DNA of 64,000 bases, from positions 338-64,337 of the forward strand of contig JADFZT010000020.1 of the NCBI GenBank assembly GCA_015232395.1, written 5' to 3'. The notes beneath the pieces are model-generated. The model searched no databases. It was not told the DNA's origin and saw nothing but the letters and a program-made list of their open reading frames with translations. How positions within the stretch are numbered: the stretch's first letter is position 1; each line of letters starts with the position of its first letter. Below, piece after piece: positions 16,786 to 26,849 of the stretch. The DNA comes from Magnetococcales bacterium. Lineage in GTDB: Bacteria > Pseudomonadota > Magnetococcia > Magnetococcales > JADFZT01. A program made the position numbers and the translations under genes.

Positions 16786-19700
16786 ATGCCCCCTCGTAAA
16801 ACAGGCGCAACGCGCAAAGCCACCGCAAAACGGAAAACCGCCTCCGACCTGGACGCCTCAAAAAAGCCAAGCGCGGGCGGGGAAAAGTCGACGAAGAAAA
16901 GTTCGGCCGTGAAAGATAAAATTTTCGTGGTGGGCATTGGCGCGTCAGCGGGCGGCTTGGAGGCCCTGCGCCCATTGGTGGCCAAACTTCCCGCCAATGC
17001 GCACATGGGCTATGTGGTCGTCCAACATATGGCCCCTCAATACCGGAGCATGATGGTGGAGCTTCTGGCGCGGGAGACTAAAATTCCCGTCATGGAGATC
17101 AAGGACAAAACGCCCATTTCCCCTGGCGTCATCCACATCACGCCTCCCAACCACGATGCGGACATCAAGGATGGCGTCCTTTTTCTCAAACCCCCCACCA
17201 ACCCGGTGGGCCCCAAACCCTCCATCGATAACTTCTTCTCCGCCCTTGCGGAAGATCAGGGTGAAAAAGCCATCGGTGTCATCCTCTCTGGTACAGGCTC
17301 CGACGGCGCGCTTGGCATGCGCACCATCAAGGCGCATGGCGGATTTACTCTGGTCCAGGACCCGGAAACGGCCAAATACAACGGAATGCCTTTGGCGGCC
17401 ATTGAAACCAATCTGATCGACTTGATCCTCTCCCCGGACAAGATAGGCATCAATCTACCTGATATTGTCCAGACTCCCGGCAAGCTTCTTGAGCTGATGG
17501 ATGATGAAAAGTCCGGCTTGTCGGGTCTTGATGAAATTTTCGCCCTGGTCCGTAAACGTACGGACATCGATTTTTCGAAATACAAACAGACCACCCTATG
17601 CCGCCGTATCGAACGCCGCATCAACGCCACGGGAACCAGGGATCTTCCCAGCTACGTCCTGCACATGCGGGACAACCCCGCCGAGGCTGAAAGCCTGGCC
17701 AAGGACGTTCTTATCTCAGTTACGGGTTTTTTCAGAGATAAAGAAGCCTTCCTGGTCATGAAAGAGGTTCTTCAGGAGATCGTCCATAACAAGGAACCTG
17801 GAGATGAAATACGCTTTTGGGTTCCCGGTTGCGCCACCGGTGAGGAGGCCTACTCCATCGCCATTCTGCTTTCGGAACTTCTGGGCATCAAAGTGGGAAG
17901 TTACAAGGTGCAGATATTCGCCACCGATATCGACCTGGAGGCGTTGGAAGCGGCGCGGAAGGGCATTTATCTGGAAGCGGCGCTGAAAGAGGCGCCGCCA
18001 CAATACATCGACCGTTATTTTACCAAGAAGGGCGACAAGTTTCACGTCTCCAAGGATTTGCGCGAGTTGGTCGTTTTTGCCCGCCAGGATCTCGCCAAGG
18101 ACCCACCGTTTGTCCGCGTGGATCTCATCACCTGCCGCAACGTTCTGATCTATTTCAATCAGGAACTCCAGGATCGGGTTTTTTCATCCTTCCATTTTGC
18201 TTTGGCTTCCTCCGGTTACATGTTTCTTGGCAAATCGGAAGCCCTGGGTCAGAGCGCGGACCTTTTTTCGACCTCCAATGCCAAATACCGTATCTACCAG
18301 AAAAAGGTCGGCGTCGGTGATCGATTCGGTCGCGCCCCGCTTTCGGATCGTCCCAAGCCCATCTGGCCGGGGTCGCACAAATCGCCGGATCAGAAAAAAA
18401 TCAGCGTCGAAGAGGCCATGCGCACCACCATCATGCGCATTTACGCCCCGAAAAGCCTGATGGTGGGAGATGACGGTTCGGTCTATCAGATCAATGGCGA
18501 TGTGACCGGATATATGATTTTGGGCTCCGGCAAGGGGGATCTCAACGTCACGCGCATGTTGATTCCGGAATTGCGTGGCGAATTCTGGGCTCTGTTCTCT
18601 CAAGTCAAGAAAACCGGCGACTCGGCCATCGGCTCCATCAAGCCGATCGTTTTCGGCGGAATGCGCAAAGGCGTGCGCATGGGCATTCACCCCGCCACGA
18701 GGGTTTCACAAATCAGCAGTCTTTATCTCATTGGCTTTGAAGAGTTCGACATCCCGGAGAAAAACGATTCTACCGAAGCGAGCGATGGCGTCAATTTAGA
18801 CACGACCAGGGTTCCTGAACTGGAGCAGGAGTTGGTGGCCACCAAGGAGCATTTGCAAACCGTCATCGAGGAGTTGGAAACCTCCAACGAGGAACTGCAA
18901 GCCTTGAATGAGGAGTTGCAGGCTTCCAATGAGGAGATGCAATCCACCAATGAGGAGTTGGAAACTGCCAATGAAGAGTTGCAATCCACCAACGAGGAAC
19001 TGACCACCGTCAACGAGGAGTTGCAGACCCGGACCTCGGAGTTGATGGTCGCCAACAGCGACCTTGAAAACATGCAGAAAAACGTCGGTTACTCCCTCAT
19101 CATCGTCGACCCCAAATTGCGAGTAAAACGGTTTTCGCCGGCCGCCGTAAAATATTTCGGGTTGGCGGCGGAAGATATCGGAGAGGTTATCACTGCCGCC
19201 CCTTCCCATCTGGATATCAAATATCTGAAACAAAAATTGGCGAAGGTCATCGCCTCCGGCAAGGAACACCAGGAGGAAATCCTGACCGACACGCTCTCCT
19301 TGTGGTTCAGAATCGTGCCCTACTACTCTTTGGAGAACAAAATCGAGGGGGCGGTCATCGTCATCATCGATCAATCTGAAATCTACAACATTCGCCAGGA
19401 GTTGGCCCACAGCGAACGCCTGCAACGCCTGATATCCGACTCCATGCCCATGGGCGTGGCGTTGATTGGGCCGGATCAGCGGGTCGTCAATGTCAATCAC
19501 AGGCTTCTGGAGTGGTTTGGCAGCGGTAAGGATATTCTCGGAAAACGCCTTTTTAACGCTTTTGGACGAAAAATCTACGATCACTTGAAACCAGGCGTTG
19601 CCAAAGCTTCCGAGGGCGAATCAACCAGCATTGAGTTGGAACACTCCCCCACAGGGAAGGATATCCAGACGTTTCAACTGCTCATGGTTCCCCACCTGGA

Positions 19701-20145
19701 TGAAAAAAGGCGGTCTACCGGCGGTTTTATACTGATTTTTGAAAATGTGACCGCACTGACGACGGCTCGAAAGGAGCTTCAGCTCTCTCGGGAAAGATAC
19801 CGCACTCTGGCGGAGTCCGGCATCCAGGGCGTATTGATCCACCGAAAAGGCGTGCCTGTTTACTGCAACCACGCCTTCGCCCGTTTTTTCGGTTATACGG
19901 ACCCGGAACAGGTGGTGGACATGAAAGACGTCAACAACCTTCTGCCCACCAAAGAGCGCCGAAAGGGGATCGCTAAATCCAAACTGTTCGGTTCAGGACA
20001 TGCGCCCGCCGTTCATGAGGCCCGGGGGCTGGACAAGGATGGCAAGGCCGTTTCCTTGATGGCCTCGTCCCGGGTGGTCAATTGGGAGGGACAATTGGCG
20101 ATTCAGACGGCTGTCGTGCGCTCGGAACCTGAATCCGGAGCTTGA
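16786..20145 (+). CDS. CheB methylesterase-CheR methyltransferase-coiled coil-PAS fusion protein, paralog 1
   Basis: CheB-like VVGIGASAGGLEAL...GTGSDGALG. CheR-like FFRDKEAF...[20 protein letters not shown]...CRNVLIYF. A heptad NEEL repeat follows ([31 protein letters not shown]...), then PAS-like modules. GGAGG lies 6 nt upstream of the ATG. Confidence 0.9.
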   Translation: MPPRKTGATRKATAKRKTASDLDASKKPSAGGEKSTKKSSAVKDKIFVVGIGASAGGLEALRPLVAKLPANAHMGYVVVQHMAPQYRSMMVELLARETKIPVMEIKDKTPISPGVIHITPPNHDADIKDGVLFLKPPTNPVGPKPSIDNFFSALAEDQGEKAIGVILSGTGSDGALGMRTIKAHGGFTLVQDPETAKYNGMPLAAIETNLIDLILSPDKIGINLPDIVQTPGKLLELMDDEKSGLSGLDEIFALVRKRTDIDFSKYKQTTLCRRIERRINATGTRDLPSYVLHMRDNPAEAESLAKDVLISVTGFFRDKEAFLVMKEVLQEIVHNKEPGDEIRFWVPGCATGEEAYSIAILLSELLGIKVGSYKVQIFATDIDLEALEAARKGIYLEAALKEAPPQYIDRYFTKKGDKFHVSKDLRELVVFARQDLAKDPPFVRVDLITCRNVLIYFNQELQDRVFSSFHFALASSGYMFLGKSEALGQSADLFSTSNAKYRIYQKKVGVGDRFGRAPLSDRPKPIWPGSHKSPDQKKISVEEAMRTTIMRIYAPKSLMVGDDGSVYQINGDVTGYMILGSGKGDLNVTRMLIPELRGEFWALFSQVKKTGDSAIGSIKPIVFGGMRKGVRMGIHPATRVSQISSLYLIGFEEFDIPEKNDSTEASDGVNLDTTRVPELEQELVATKEHLQTVIEELETSNEELQALNEELQASNEEMQSTNEELETANEELQSTNEELTTVNEELQTRTSELMVANSDLENMQKNVGYSLIIVDPKLRVKRFSPAAVKYFGLAAEDIGEVITAAPSHLDIKYLKQKLAKVIASGKEHQEEILTDTLSLWFRIVPYYSLENKIEGAVIVIIDQSEIYNIRQELAHSERLQRLISDSMPMGVALIGPDQRVVNVNHRLLEWFGSGKDILGKRLFNAFGRKIYDHLKPGVAKASEGESTSIELEHSPTGKDIQTFQLLMVPHLDEKRRSTGGFILIFENVTALTTARKELQLSRERYRTLAESGIQGVLIHRKGVPVYCNHAFARFFGYTDPEQVVDMKDVNNLLPTKERRKGIAKSKLFGSGHAPAVHEARGLDKDGKAVSLMASSRVVNWEGQLAIQTAVVRSEPESGA

Positions 20146-20161
20146 ATACGATATATTGATA

Positions 20162-20328
20162 ATCCTAAATCCGGCAGTTGGGCGTGTGTGGCTGGTGCAG
20201 GATATTGGTTCGCATAGTGAATTGGGAGAAATCGCCGTCACCTGATTGGTCACAAGATTTTCTCCCGATTTGCTTGGTGGATCAAGAGGCTGGGGCATGT
20301 GCGTACGCCCAACTGCCGGATTTAGGAT
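20162..20328. mobile_element. MITE-like element, copy 1 (167 bp, perfect 24-bp TIR)
   Basis: ATCCTAAATCCGGCAGTTGGGCGT at 20162-20185 has its exact reverse complement at 20305-20328. The interior is collinear with, and in inverted orientation to, a second copy at ~41309-41472. Confidence 0.75.
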
Positions 20329-20375
20329 AATGTACCAGATGGACTTTTCCATCCACGAATGCCCTGGAGGCTCCA

Positions 20376-23300
20376 ATGGCTGAAAAAGGCCGAACCACGA
20401 AACGACGTTCCGCCAAAACGTCTTCCACCAAAGGTCGGCGTCCCAAAGCCAGGACAGAGAAAAACGATCTTTTCGTCGTCGGCATCGGCTCCTCGGCTGG
20501 CGGGCTGGAGGCCATCCGGCCGCTTGTTTCTCACCTTAAACACCCCAAACCGCTGACCTACGTCATCGTTCAGCATATGGCCCCCCAATACAGAAGCATG
20601 ATGGTTGATCTGGTGGCGCGGGAAACGGAACTTCCCGTGGTTCAGGTCACCGACGGAATGCCTCTGGAGCCCGACAAGATCTTCATCACCCCACCCAACT
20701 CGGATATCGAGATCAAACAAAGCGTTCTCTATTTGAAGCCGACATCCAATCCGGTGGGCCCAAAGCCTTCCATAGACAACTTTTTTTCCTCCCTGGCCGA
20801 GGATCAGGAGCAGAACGCCATCGGCGTCATTCTATCCGGCACCGGTTCGGACGGCTCCATGGGCATCCGTTCCATCAAAGCCCACGGCGGTTTTTGCGTG
20901 GTCCAGGATCCCAAGACCTCCAAATACAACGGCATGCCTCTGGCGGCTCTGGAGACCAATCTGGTGGACGTGGTTCTGCCCCCGGACCAGATCGGAACAC
21001 ATCTGGCGGAGATGATCCAGTTTCCCACCCGGGCCTACGAATTGATGCAGGAACGGGAGAGCGGAAAATCGGCCCAGGACGAAATACTCGCCCTGGTCAA
21101 GAAACGGACGGAGATCGACTTTTCCAACTATAAGGTCGCCACTGTCTGCCGCCGGATCGAGCGCCGCCTGGTGGCCACGGGCAAGCGCGACATCGACGAC
21201 TATCTGGCCTACATGAAGGAAAATCCCCAGGAGGCCGAGGCGCTTTCCAAGGACGTACTCATCTCCGTCACCTCCTTTTTCAGGGACAAAGTCGCCTTCA
21301 ACCAGCTTGAGGAGGCCATTCGCGTCTTCGCCAATGAAAAATCCTCCGGGGATGAAATCCGGATCTGGGTTCCCGGCTGCGCCACCGGTGAGGAGGCCTA
21401 CTCCATCGCCATCCTTCTTGCTGAAGAGTTGGGCGCGCGCCTGGGCAGCTTCAAGGTTCAGATTTTCGCCACGGACATCGACATGGAGGCCCTGGCGCGG
21501 GCCCGGCAGGGCATTTTTCTGGAATCCTCCCTCAAGGAGGTGGAACAGGAACTGATCGACAGGCATTTCACCAAACATGGGGACAAGTTCCAGATTTCCA
21601 AGAATCTTCGGGATATCATGGTCTTTGCCCGCCAGGACCTGATCCAGGATCCGGCCTTCGTGCGTTTGGACCTCGTCAGTTGCCGCAACGTCCTGATCTA
21701 TTTCAATCAGGAGCTGCAAGATCACGTATTCAGGCAATTTCAATTTTCCCTGAACACCAACGGTTATCTGTTGTTGGGCAAGTCCGAATCCCTGGGCTTC
21801 AACGCCGAAATGTTCATCCGCGTCAGCGCAAAAGGGCGACTGTTCAGGCGAAAGCCCGGCATGCCAAAAACTCTGCTTCGTACCGTGCTGCCAGCCATGC
21901 CGCGTGGCAAATCCATCCCCGAGGCCAAGCGAAAACGGACCATTGAAGAGGTGATGCAGGCGGCCTATCTGAAAGAATTCGCGCCCAAGGGCATGATCAT
22001 CAGTGAAGACGGCCTGATCCACCAGATAAATGGCAAGATCAGTCCTTACCTTGATATTTCCTCCGGTCGCGCCGAGATGAATTTGACCCGTATCCTGATT
22101 CCGGAGTTGAGGGGCGAGTTCTGGGCCGTTTTTACCAAGGCCAAGAAGGAGGGAAAAAGCGCCAAAGGCATCTCTCGGATCGTCAGCGTCGGCAGGAAAG
22201 AGCTGGTGGTCAGCCTCTCCATTCATCCCTGTGAACAGGTGGAAGAGTACACGCCTCTTTTCCTGGTCTGTTTCAACGAAACGCCGCTGGACGCCAAAGC
22301 GGAAAACGTCGCCGATGCCAACGACGAAGCCGCCAAAAATGGTGCGGTCAGGGTGACGGAACTGGAACAGGAACTGGTCGCCACCAAGGAGCATCTGCAA
22401 ACCGTCATTCAGGAACTGGAAACCTCCAATGAAGAGTTGCAGGCCCTGAACGAGGAGTTGCAGGCTTCCAACGAGGAGATGCAGTCCACCAACGAGGAGT
22501 TGGAAACCTCCAACGAGGAGTTGCAGTCCACCAACGAGGAGTTGACCACCGTCAACGAGGAGCTGTCCGTCCGCACCACCGAATTGCTGGAGACCAACAA
22601 CGACCTGGAGAACATCCAACGCAACGTCGGTTATTCACTGGTCATCCTGGACACGAAGCTGCGCATCAAACGCTATACCCAGCAGGCCGTTCGTCTTTTC
22701 GGTCTGACGCCGGACGATCTCGGCCAACTCATCACCTCCGTGCCGGGCCCCGTGGAGATCAAGGACTTACGGAAAAAACTGGTGGAAGCCATGGGTATGG
22801 AGAGCGAAATCAGCGAGGCGGTTCATGCGGGGGGACGTGCCTATTGGATGCGCATCGTTCCTTACCGCACTAAGGAGAATGAAATTGATGGCGTGGTCAT
22901 CGTCCTGGCGGACCAGACGGAACTGATGGAGGCGCGGGCGACACTCGAAAAGAGCGAACGGCAACTTCGCTTGGTCACCGACGCGCTGCCCATAGCGGTC
23001 GCCTTTGCTGGAGACGATCAGAAGATCAATCTGGTTAACGCCGTGTTTCAAAAATGGTTTCAGCCCAACAAAAAACCGGCGGTCAACCGAAAACTCTCCG
23101 GAGTCATCGGTCGCAAGCTTCACGGCGTATTGAATCCACTGATCAAGGAGGTTATTGGAAAGAACGTGATGCGTGGAGCCGAATTGGAAGTGAACATGCC
23201 CAAGATCGGTCCTAGAACGTTGCACGCCCAGATCGCCCCCCTGGCCGCAAAGGATAAGGGGAAAGCTTCCTCTTTCATCCTCATTTTTGAAGATACGACG

Positions 23301-23684
23301 AATCTCCGGGAAGCTATAAAGGATCTGAAAACGACGCGGGAACGCTACCGAACTTTGGCGGAGGGATCACTCCAAGGCCTCGTCATCCATCAGGAGGGCC
23401 GGTCTATCTACGCCAATCACGACGTGGCGAAAATTTTTGGATACGCCGAACCGGAGGAGATCCTCAAGCTTGATGGCGTTGGCGCGCTCTTCAGCGACGC
23501 CGTGGGCAAGGGCGGTTCCACGCGGAATTATCCGTTTCCGACCGGGCACGCGCCGAAAAAGGTCCGGGCGATGGGACGAAAAAGGGATGGAAAAAACGTT
23601 CCCCTGCTGGTTTCATCCCAGATCGTGAAATGGGATGGAAGACTGGCGATCAAGACCGCCGTGGTGGATCTGTCGAATGAATGA
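20376..23684 (+). CDS. CheB-CheR-coiled coil-PAS fusion protein, paralog 2
   Basis: It has the same architecture and motifs as 16786-20145 ([38 protein letters not shown] heptad block). Confidence 0.9.
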   Translation: MAEKGRTTKRRSAKTSSTKGRRPKARTEKNDLFVVGIGSSAGGLEAIRPLVSHLKHPKPLTYVIVQHMAPQYRSMMVDLVARETELPVVQVTDGMPLEPDKIFITPPNSDIEIKQSVLYLKPTSNPVGPKPSIDNFFSSLAEDQEQNAIGVILSGTGSDGSMGIRSIKAHGGFCVVQDPKTSKYNGMPLAALETNLVDVVLPPDQIGTHLAEMIQFPTRAYELMQERESGKSAQDEILALVKKRTEIDFSNYKVATVCRRIERRLVATGKRDIDDYLAYMKENPQEAEALSKDVLISVTSFFRDKVAFNQLEEAIRVFANEKSSGDEIRIWVPGCATGEEAYSIAILLAEELGARLGSFKVQIFATDIDMEALARARQGIFLESSLKEVEQELIDRHFTKHGDKFQISKNLRDIMVFARQDLIQDPAFVRLDLVSCRNVLIYFNQELQDHVFRQFQFSLNTNGYLLLGKSESLGFNAEMFIRVSAKGRLFRRKPGMPKTLLRTVLPAMPRGKSIPEAKRKRTIEEVMQAAYLKEFAPKGMIISEDGLIHQINGKISPYLDISSGRAEMNLTRILIPELRGEFWAVFTKAKKEGKSAKGISRIVSVGRKELVVSLSIHPCEQVEEYTPLFLVCFNETPLDAKAENVADANDEAAKNGAVRVTELEQELVATKEHLQTVIQELETSNEELQALNEELQASNEEMQSTNEELETSNEELQSTNEELTTVNEELSVRTTELLETNNDLENIQRNVGYSLVILDTKLRIKRYTQQAVRLFGLTPDDLGQLITSVPGPVEIKDLRKKLVEAMGMESEISEAVHAGGRAYWMRIVPYRTKENEIDGVVIVLADQTELMEARATLEKSERQLRLVTDALPIAVAFAGDDQKINLVNAVFQKWFQPNKKPAVNRKLSGVIGRKLHGVLNPLIKEVIGKNVMRGAELEVNMPKIGPRTLHAQIAPLAAKDKGKASSFILIFEDTTNLREAIKDLKTTRERYRTLAEGSLQGLVIHQEGRSIYANHDVAKIFGYAEPEEILKLDGVGALFSDAVGKGGSTRNYPFPTGHAPKKVRAMGRKRDGKNVPLLVSSQIVKWDGRLAIKTAVVDLSNE

Positions 23685-23726
23685 AGCCGAGGAATAGACG
23701 CCGCGAGCTGAGGTTGATGTAAAACC

Positions 23727-24134
23727 CTATTTAGGCATCAGCTCGAGCTGTTCCAGAATCTCCACGAGTTGATTGAAATCGACCGGTTTTCTCAGATAGC
23801 TGTTCGCGCCCAGATCATACCCCCGAACCACGTCGCGCTCCTCATCCGAGTTGGTGAGAATGATCACCGGCGTGTCCCGGGTGCTCTTCTCTTCCCGGAT
23901 CCGTTTCAGAACCTCCAGACCATCAATTTTGGGCAGCTTCAGATCCAATAAAACCAGTCGAGGAAGAGGATTTCCGGCCGATTCTGCCGCAAACAGATAG
24001 TCCAGCGCTTTCTGCCCATCCTTGGCGACCGTAATCCGTTTTTTATCCACGCCACTTTTTGAGAAAGCATGCATGGCGATTCGGACGGCCGCCGGATCAT
24101 CTTCCACCAACAAAATGATGTCGTTAGGAGTCAT
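23727..24134 (-). CDS. Single-domain response regulator (CheY-like receiver)
   Basis: 135 aa. ILLVEDDPAA...LVLLDLKLPKIDG...PVIILTNS...ANSYLRKP are the receiver-domain hallmarks. Confidence 0.9.
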   Translation of the reverse strand: MTPNDIILLVEDDPAAVRIAMHAFSKSGVDKKRITVAKDGQKALDYLFAAESAGNPLPRLVLLDLKLPKIDGLEVLKRIREEKSTRDTPVIILTNSDEERDVVRGYDLGANSYLRKPVDFNQLVEILEQLELMPK

Positions 24135-24212
24135 GATCGATAACCTCTCTGGAAAAAATGGAATGATATCACAAAAAAAGCATGATGCGCCAAATATCGC
24201 CGCGGTTTCATC

Positions 24213-26849
24213 TTAAGGCTCTTTGAAGCGCTTTCCCAAAGTAAAATAAAAAACGGCTCCCTCACCGGGGGCCGATTCCGCGCGAATGGTTCCACCGTGC
24301 CTATGGATGATGCGTTGAACGGTGGTCAAGCCGATACCCGACCCCTCGAATTCCTCCGGCTCATGCAGGCGCTCAAAGGGCTCAAACAGGCGATTTGAAA
24401 ATTTTGGATCAAATCCACAGCCATTATCCCGAACATGAAATTCCATCCGGCCCTGGTCGACCTCGCTCCCACCGAAAACAATGCGGCCATTTTTGGTTCC
24501 AACCGTAAATTTCAAAGCGTTGGAAATGAGATTTTCAGCCACAACCGCCAACAGGTCCGCATCCCCTTCGACCTTCAGGTCGGGCGTTATTTCCACAAGG
24601 ATAGGCTCTGTTTCAGGATGCGCCGTTTTGCGCTCCCGTACGGCCTTTTCCATCAAGGCGGACAGATCGACCTGCTGTTTTTTGAACAAAACTCTTGTGG
24701 AACGGGCCAGTTGGAGATAATCACCCACCCGTTTTTTCATCTGCAGGGCGCTACCATTGAGCCATTCAAGGTGTTCCCGGCCGTCAGGATCAAGCTGATC
24801 CAGGTGCTCTTCGAGAAGTATTTTTGAAAACCCCAAGGCGTTATTGATCGGAGCCCGCAGATCGTGGGCCACCGAGTAGGAAAAAGACTCCAACTCCTTG
24901 TTGGCCGCCTCCAGTTGCCGGGTTCGCTGGGCCACGCGGTTTTCCAGGTTGAGATTCAAATCCCGCAGTTTTTCCTCGGTCTCCTTGAGTTCGGTTATAT
25001 CGTGAACCGTGCCCACCATGCGCACCGCCTTGCCCGCATTATCGCGCGTGATCTCCCCCTGTTCGTGGACGATTCTTTGTTCGCCGTCCGGACGAACCAC
25101 ACGATGCTGAACTATGTAGGCCGTATCGGGATCCCGTAAAGCGGTGTCAACCGCTTGAACAACCATCTGGCGATCCTCTGGATGGACAGCACCAAGGAAC
25201 GCTTCATAGGTTGCAGCAAAGGTCTGGGAATCCAGTCCAAAGATTCGGAAGACTTCTCCAGACCAATACAAGGTATTACCAGCGATATCCCAATCCCAAT
25301 GGCCAAGATGAGCGATCTCCTGGGCTTTGGCCAACCTGGCCCGACTCTCCCGCAGGTCATCATCGGCTTTTTTGCGTTCCGTCACATCCCTGAATATGCC
25401 TTGAATGACCTTCCTCTCCCCCAAGTCGGTCACGCCGGCGCGGATTTCCACGGGAATATGCCGTCCATCACGATGGAGCACGACAATATCCGTGACCACC
25501 CCTGAGCCGGAGTTCACATGCTCTTTAAAGAGGGATTGGTAAATTTCCGCTTTTTCAGGAGGATGGAGTTGGGTTTGAGACATGCCGATGATCTCTTCGA
25601 CGGGACGCCCCAATAGATTGGCACCCGCCTTGTTCGCATCCAGAATCACGCCCGTTTGAGCATCCGCCACGAATATGGCGTCATTGGCGAACTCCATGAG
25701 CAGGCGGTATTTTCTCTCCGACTTGCTCAAAGCCTCCTCGGCCTGTTTTCTCTCTGTGATATCCTTCGACATGAGAACGTAGCCCAACAGATCGCCCGCT
25801 TCATCCAGAATGCCGGAGGCCCTGGATTCGATGATTTTACGTGCGCCATCCTCTTCCTTGTCCACCTGATAGATATGCTCGCCATCAGTGTGAATCCGGC
25901 CTATACCACGTTCGAAACGGGGCAGAGCCACGCCTTCCCATTCATGAATCTCCATCACTGTGTGACCAATGACCTGATTGGGCGCATAGCCGAACAGCTT
26001 TTCCGCAGTGGGGTTAAAATAACGAATGACAAATATTTCATCGGTGGCGATGATGGCAGTATCCAAGGCGGAACGGAGGATGTTGTCCAGATAGACCGCC
26101 TTTTCCCGTATTTCCCGTTGGGCGCGCTCAAGCTCCTCACCGCTTTTGCGCAACACTTCCGTCTCCATGATTTTCTGGACCATCGGCTCGGAAACGCGGA
26201 AAAAAACAAATGCGCCAACGCCAATGATCACTATGGAAATCACCAAAAGGACCGCACCGGCGCGTATGAAAGGTCCCTGGATCTCTGTCAGATCGATTTT
26301 GGCAACGACGCCCAGGTTCAAAACGGCGACCGGCTCATGGGCGGCCAGAACGGTCACGCCCCGATAGTCGGGGGCGATGATCGTTCCCGACTGCCCCAAG
26401 AGCGCGCGCCGCATGGGTTCCGCGAGGTGAAGCTCTCCAAGTTCCTTGTGAAACGGAACGGATTCAGGCTGATCCAGATCATGATGACGATGTCGGAGAA
26501 CAAAAGCGATTTCTTCTCCATCGCGGCGCGCCAGGACAAACTCCCCAGACTCCCCAAAACCTTTAAAATCATCATGGGCCTGGCGTATCTGATCAATCGT
26601 GGCCTTGAAGGCGCCTCCCGGATAGTCCTGATTGTGCGTTTGATTGAATCGGGCAACCGCTTCCATCAACCTTGTCCGGCTTTGGGCGGTCTCGGTCAAA
26701 CGCGCCCGAGCCTCCTCGAAAGCCGTTTCATAAAGAACGACCAATGAAATCCCACCAATGGTCATGGCTACGACGGCCATGATCAAGATCAACGGAACAA
26801 TCCGCCGCCATTCCGTAGAGCGTGGGCTCATCACGTCATCATCCCCCAT
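24213..26849 (-). CDS. Sensor histidine kinase (TM-Cache-like periplasmic domain-TM-3xPAS-HisKA-HATPase)
   Basis: The frame is open to 26876. ATG 26849 or 26831 is a more likely start, because 26876 overlaps the upstream gene by 38 nt. H-box FSYSVAHDLRAPIN; ATPase boxes VRDNGCGFD and GSGIGLTTVQRII. Two hydrophobic segments flank a ~170-aa extracytoplasmic domain. Confidence 0.9.
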   Translation of the reverse strand: MGDDDVMSPRSTEWRRIVPLILIMAVVAMTIGGISLVVLYETAFEEARARLTETAQSRTRLMEAVARFNQTHNQDYPGGAFKATIDQIRQAHDDFKGFGESGEFVLARRDGEEIAFVLRHRHHDLDQPESVPFHKELGELHLAEPMRRALLGQSGTIIAPDYRGVTVLAAHEPVAVLNLGVVAKIDLTEIQGPFIRAGAVLLVISIVIIGVGAFVFFRVSEPMVQKIMETEVLRKSGEELERAQREIREKAVYLDNILRSALDTAIIATDEIFVIRYFNPTAEKLFGYAPNQVIGHTVMEIHEWEGVALPRFERGIGRIHTDGEHIYQVDKEEDGARKIIESRASGILDEAGDLLGYVLMSKDITERKQAEEALSKSERKYRLLMEFANDAIFVADAQTGVILDANKAGANLLGRPVEEIIGMSQTQLHPPEKAEIYQSLFKEHVNSGSGVVTDIVVLHRDGRHIPVEIRAGVTDLGERKVIQGIFRDVTERKKADDDLRESRARLAKAQEIAHLGHWDWDIAGNTLYWSGEVFRIFGLDSQTFAATYEAFLGAVHPEDRQMVVQAVDTALRDPDTAYIVQHRVVRPDGEQRIVHEQGEITRDNAGKAVRMVGTVHDITELKETEEKLRDLNLNLENRVAQRTRQLEAANKELESFSYSVAHDLRAPINNALGFSKILLEEHLDQLDPDGREHLEWLNGSALQMKKRVGDYLQLARSTRVLFKKQQVDLSALMEKAVRERKTAHPETEPILVEITPDLKVEGDADLLAVVAENLISNALKFTVGTKNGRIVFGGSEVDQGRMEFHVRDNGCGFDPKFSNRLFEPFERLHEPEEFEGSGIGLTTVQRIIHRHGGTIRAESAPGEGAVFYFTLGKRFKEP

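Noticed and set aside
20832-22619. A 595-aa ORF on the minus strand, plus similar long antisense ORFs at 18796-19584, 25656-26747, 34530-35447, 43582-44187 and 48355-49083.
   Set aside because: Each lies fully antisense to a gene with clear domain motifs. The products are low-complexity (Q/L/G/V-rich) mirror images of coiled-coil or GC-rich codons. None has a recognisable domain or ribosome-binding site.
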